A stretch of DNA of 64,000 nt from Heteronotia binoei (Eukaryota): contig NC_083237.1 of the NCBI RefSeq assembly GCF_032191835.1, positions 37,386,001 to 37,450,000 on the forward strand. The letters run 5' to 3'. This document shows, one piece after another, positions 60,101-64,000 of the stretch; the stretch's first letter is position 1; every line of letters begins with the position of its first letter. Under the pieces are notes generated by a model. It searched no databases and was not told the DNA's origin. It saw nothing but the letters and a program-made list of their open reading frames with translations. The position numbers and the translations under genes were made by a program.

Positions 60101-61937
60101 TTTTACAAGCCTTGATGCTTCAAATTTCCTACAATTAACATCTGTTAAGGAAGATCAACTGATCCCTCTGGTAAACAATTGCAATATGGGGGAGGGGGAT
60201 AAACTCCTACTTTTAACACCTTACCTCAGAACAAAAGACATCAATCTTGATGTCAGTTCTCCTACAAAATTTCCTTTCTGTACCAAATTGTCTGCAGATA
60301 TTTTGGCCCCATAAAAGCCCCCAGGTCCCCCAAAGAACCAGCAAATTCTCCTAATTCAATGACATTATTCATTTTACCAACAGGATGAGGAGTAGAGCAG
60401 ATGAGGCCGTTTCAAAAGCAAAGTTGTTTCTGGTGCTCCAACAGGAGCTGCTGCTTGTGGTAAGAATCAATTTTTCAACAGATAATTGATCACAGCAAAA
60501 AAACTCTGGAAATATATATTTTTAAAAAACACAATACAAGAACAGTGGTGGCAAGTCTACAAATAAACATCAATAAAGGGATTACAAATATCTAAAAATA
60601 TGTCCATGCCCAATATGCCATATAGTCAAATGCTGATAAAGTTGTAAGGTCCTCAATCCGTTGAATTACTGAAGGCAGGCATTTATATTTTCAGTGTTTT
60701 AATGTGATTTTTTTTAGCTAAGGTAAGGACATAGGGGTGTTTATTTTTGGTGACCATCAATTAGTCTCCAGGAGACAGGCAAATACTTTTAAAGTACATA
60801 AACATCCTCAAAGACCGATGTTTATTGTAATACAAAATTGATATAAGTAATTACTTCCTCTAAAAAAGACCAATTAACTGGACAGACCCAAAGTTAAAGT
60901 GCCAACAACTGGACACCCTGTCCCTTAGCTAAAAAGGCTCACTGGTGTCCAGCATGTTCTAAACACAATTTTCATTGAATAAAATGCAGCTTAAGACTCA
61001 GAGACAACAGGTGTAAAATTTAGGGCCATATCTCATTGTCTGGCCAAGTAAGACAATCTAGCTGCTTATTACATTCATTTCTGATACTATGCATACCATA
61101 TTAGAAGAATAAGGGAGGTACATCTCCTCATCAAAGCCGCATTCCAAAGTGACAGGTGCCCCGCCCCCACACCCGCCCCACCTCCACACCCACAAATAAA
61201 TGCAAGATATTTCCTATGGGAACTGAGGCAAAATGTCATGATAGGGTCTTGACCTCCTGATCGGTAAATGAATGCCATGTGTTTCCTAATGTAGTGGGAT
61301 TTGTACTTCTTTGGGGGAGGATGAGCTGATCCACTTTAAGAAAAAACTACTTTTGCTACCCCATTCTAATACATTAATTGTAAACATCCAGCATTTTCTT
61401 ATGCCCTTTTCCACATTAAATCCTAACATTTACTAGCATCTTCAGTGCCTGTTCTCAGAGGATTAAAAAAGCACCCTTTTGTTCTTTGCCAGCACACACA
61501 GCAAGATTGCCCAAAGGACTAGTTATTCCAGCATGCAGGTATGGACAATATGAATCAGCTAACAAAGAAAATTTAGATGTGCAGGAAAAGAGCATAGCAA
61601 AAAACTCCTTTTTATGCTTAAGATTTCCTTTGCATCCCTCCTCACACACACACCCCTCATCCACTATTTTGCCTTCCCTTCTGAGAAAAAAGGCTTACTT
61701 CTCCCTCCAGTGTGCAGGCAGTCACAAATGTAAAACACCTAACACCATTTTAAATGTGTCTATTTCCCTCACACTTCAATGCAAAAAATGTCGTTGTACA
61801 CTATATTTGAAATGTTTCAGGCAACTCCTGGTTGTCACAAGGCGTGTCCCATGCGACATTTAAATACACCAATGAGTGCAGGTGGTGCTTTCTCACGGAA
61901 CTCTTTAAAACAGGCGAGACCCCCCCAGCTCCACTCC

Positions 61938-63452
61938 ATGGCCTGTGTTTGTTGCTTTTGGTTTCCTGACTCTGTTGAACCATCATTTTATGAAGAAATG
62001 AATGCTGTGGAGGCCTACGGGGTTCCTGCTTTGGAACAGACTGTTCATGAGAATATGAACCCTGGTGAGGAACCTGTTTATGAGGAGATGATGCATCTTT
62101 CACCCAAAAGCTATGGCGAGGAGTCTGGACATGATGAGGGAAAAGATGAAGCCGAGGATGAGGAAGAAGAGGAATGGGCGCAGTGTGTTCAGAATTGGGT
62201 AGAGGATGTAAGTAGCACAAAGAGAACAGGGATGCTGTTGATAGCGGGGGTGGGGCTGGAAATATTTAGAATTGTGTTTTTCTCTTGCAGATGGAGGATG
62301 AAGGATTGTATTGGAGACTGATTGCTCAAATTATGGAATTGGCGCATAGTAGAGTGGGAGCAAGCTGTTGTAAATTCTGTACAACGATAACACATTGTCA
62401 AGAGAGTAGTTGTGTGAAAAATGTGACACAAGAAGACGGGACAGGATGAGGAAGAAGAAGATGAAGAAGAAAGTATAGTGTGTGTCGAATATTACCTAGA
62501 GATGGTAAGTAGTGGGGGAACATTGGAAAGATCACAACAGTGCGGGGGCAGCATAAACATCGTTTTTTCTCTTGCAGAACGACTATGACGATGTGAGGTG
62601 GGAACAGTTTATACAAATTGTGGAAGTTGCGCATGAGAAAGTGAATCCTTCATGCTGTGATTATTGTGGAGAAATAGCGTGGTATCAAGAACGCAGCTGG
62701 GTGAGAAAGAAAATGGAACGCCCACAACCTCCCTGCGTGCGAGATTTATATCCGGGTGTAAGTCTTTTTATTTAAGGGGTGGGGGGATGCTGATGTCTAG
62801 AAGGGAAATAGAAAGACTTAGCCACTTTTTCCCTGACAAGGTAGGGAAAACTCGAGCATATTCAGAGGTGGCGGATGTCGTCCCTGTGAAGCCAGAACCA
62901 AGTTGCTGCTGGGAATGCATGACCGTATATAACATGCAATCTGTAAAGAAGGATCGTGAGGAAGATTCCCTAGCAGATGCCGAGCACGGTACCGCCGGTG
63001 ATTCCGGACCGGACATGATGGATACCTCTGGAGATTCCGGAGCAGACACGGAGCATGAAGCCATGAAAAAGGTGAGGGAACCCCCGGTTGATGAAGCGCA
63101 AACACCTGAACAGCCAACGGATGCTGATCCAGCCAAGGAGGGGGAAGAAGAAGACACCCGCCCCTGTATTGAGGCTTTATTCCCTGATGTAAGTGTAATA
63201 AAACTGCACCAGCTGTGTGAATGTAACAAAGCGCTATTTGAACTAAAAATGTGTTTTCTTCTTTGAACACAGGTGTGGGACAGGCCCGTTGATTTCGCAC
63301 TACTGGCCAGATGCGTTAGCGAGGAGATAAACCCAGGCTGTTGCTACCGCTGCGGACTGGTCACCCTGTTTCAAAAGGAGGGATACGGTGCCCAAGGCGC
63401 ATCTGTAGATGTTCCAAAGTTTACGGTGTTTGAAGGGGGCAGACCTGTGTAA
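61938..63452 (+). CDS. Putative 5-exon acidic, Cys-repeat protein gene (exons 61938-62207, 62291-62504, 62578-62757, 62841-63188, 63273-63452); exon 2 has a 1-nt frameshift
   Basis: Four GTAAGT..YAG/AAG introns of 83, 73, 83 and 84 nt, all phase 0. Repeated CCxxC module. The start codon is uncertain because the frame is open back to 61779. Confidence 0.72.
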
Positions 63453-63614
63453 ATTTCTGCAAAGGAAAGCGATGGAGCGTGCTGAGAAACAGAAACAACT
63501 TGGAGAAAAAGATGAGAATCAGAACGAGTCAGAGTGAAGATCGCATTTTTTTTTTCTGTATATACGCAGCCTAATAAAAAAAACTTTCATTGTGGCAAAA
63601 GTGAGCAAAGTGTC

Positions 63615-64000
63615 ATGACGCGTCATGGGGATGTGTTAAAAGGGATTTATTATAATCCGCGGGAGGTTGGAAGTTTTGGGGGTATCGAGCCGTTATTTCA
63701 GGCAGCCTCTAAGAAGGGGTATAAGTTGAGCAGAAATGAGGTGAAAGAGTGGTTGACGATCAGGACGCATACAGCTTGCATAAACCGATCAGGGTGCGCT
63801 TCAAAAGGAACAAGGTAATCGTAGGGAATGTCGACGAGCAGTGGCAGGCAGATTTGGTAGATATGCAGCAATATTTGAATTACAATGGGGGCTATAAATA
63901 TATTCTGACAGTGATAGACATCCTGTCTAAATACGCGTGGGTGGTGCCTCTGAAAAACATGGGTGGTACTGAGGTTGCAACTGCTTTTAAAAGCATTTTC
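63615..64000 (+). pseudogene. Maverick integrase (rve/DDE), 1-bp frameshift near 63757, truncated by the window end
   Basis: IYYNPREVGSFGG..EWL, then in the shifted frame DAYSLHKP..QWQADLVDM..YKYILTVIDILSKYAWVVPLK. Confidence 0.92.

Larger units (their letters stand above)
44150..61102 (+). repeat. Second unit of a tandem segmental duplication (paralogous to about 17170-42430)
   Basis: Collinear matching of OR(+), its 3' flank (21410-23300 vs 46480-48050), 37370-40900 vs 48085-50383 plus 55686-57200, and 41290-42440 vs 60130-61102. Confidence 0.9.
61103..64000 (+). mobile_element. Left part of a Maverick/Polinton (adintovirus-like) element
   Basis: Homology with the paralog ends at 61102 and the new sequence starts AG. 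A Maverick-type retroviral-like integrase starts at 63615. Confidence 0.85.

Noticed and set aside
62470-62495. IVCVE after an acidic run as an LxCxE-like Rb-binding motif
   Set aside because: Present in only one of four equivalent positions, and its Cys belongs to the repeat module. Too weak to call.
1-64000. CRISPR arrays, rRNA or genuine tRNA genes
   Set aside because: None seen. The tRNA-like segments are SINE heads that continue into SINE bodies.

Overview
Eukaryotic (vertebrate) genomic DNA. The repeat families suggest a squamate reptile, probably a gecko; this is inference. The window is a class II (OR14-like) olfactory receptor cluster with five OR loci. One is intact (39463-40398, -). 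One is intact apart from a Ngaro retrotransposon insertion (17303-21409). Three are pseudogenes. A convergent OR pair has been tandemly duplicated (about 17.2-42.4 kb vs 44.2-61.1 kb), so several insertions can be checked against their empty sites. Mobile elements: a Ty3/gypsy remnant, CR1 and L2 LINEs, two near-intact full-length RTEX-like LINEs with TSDs, an RT-less Ty1/copia element with near-identical LTRs, a Ngaro (tyrosine-recombinase) element plus a solo unit of a second Ngaro family, SINEs, MITEs, and the left end of a Maverick/Polinton from 61103. The most unusual signal is inside the Maverick, upstream of its integrase: a five-exon gene with four 73-84 nt GTAAGT..AG phase-0 introns, each splitting a repeated C-x7|x21-25-CC-x2-C-x6-Q module at the same position. 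All alignments were done by eye and no database searches were run.
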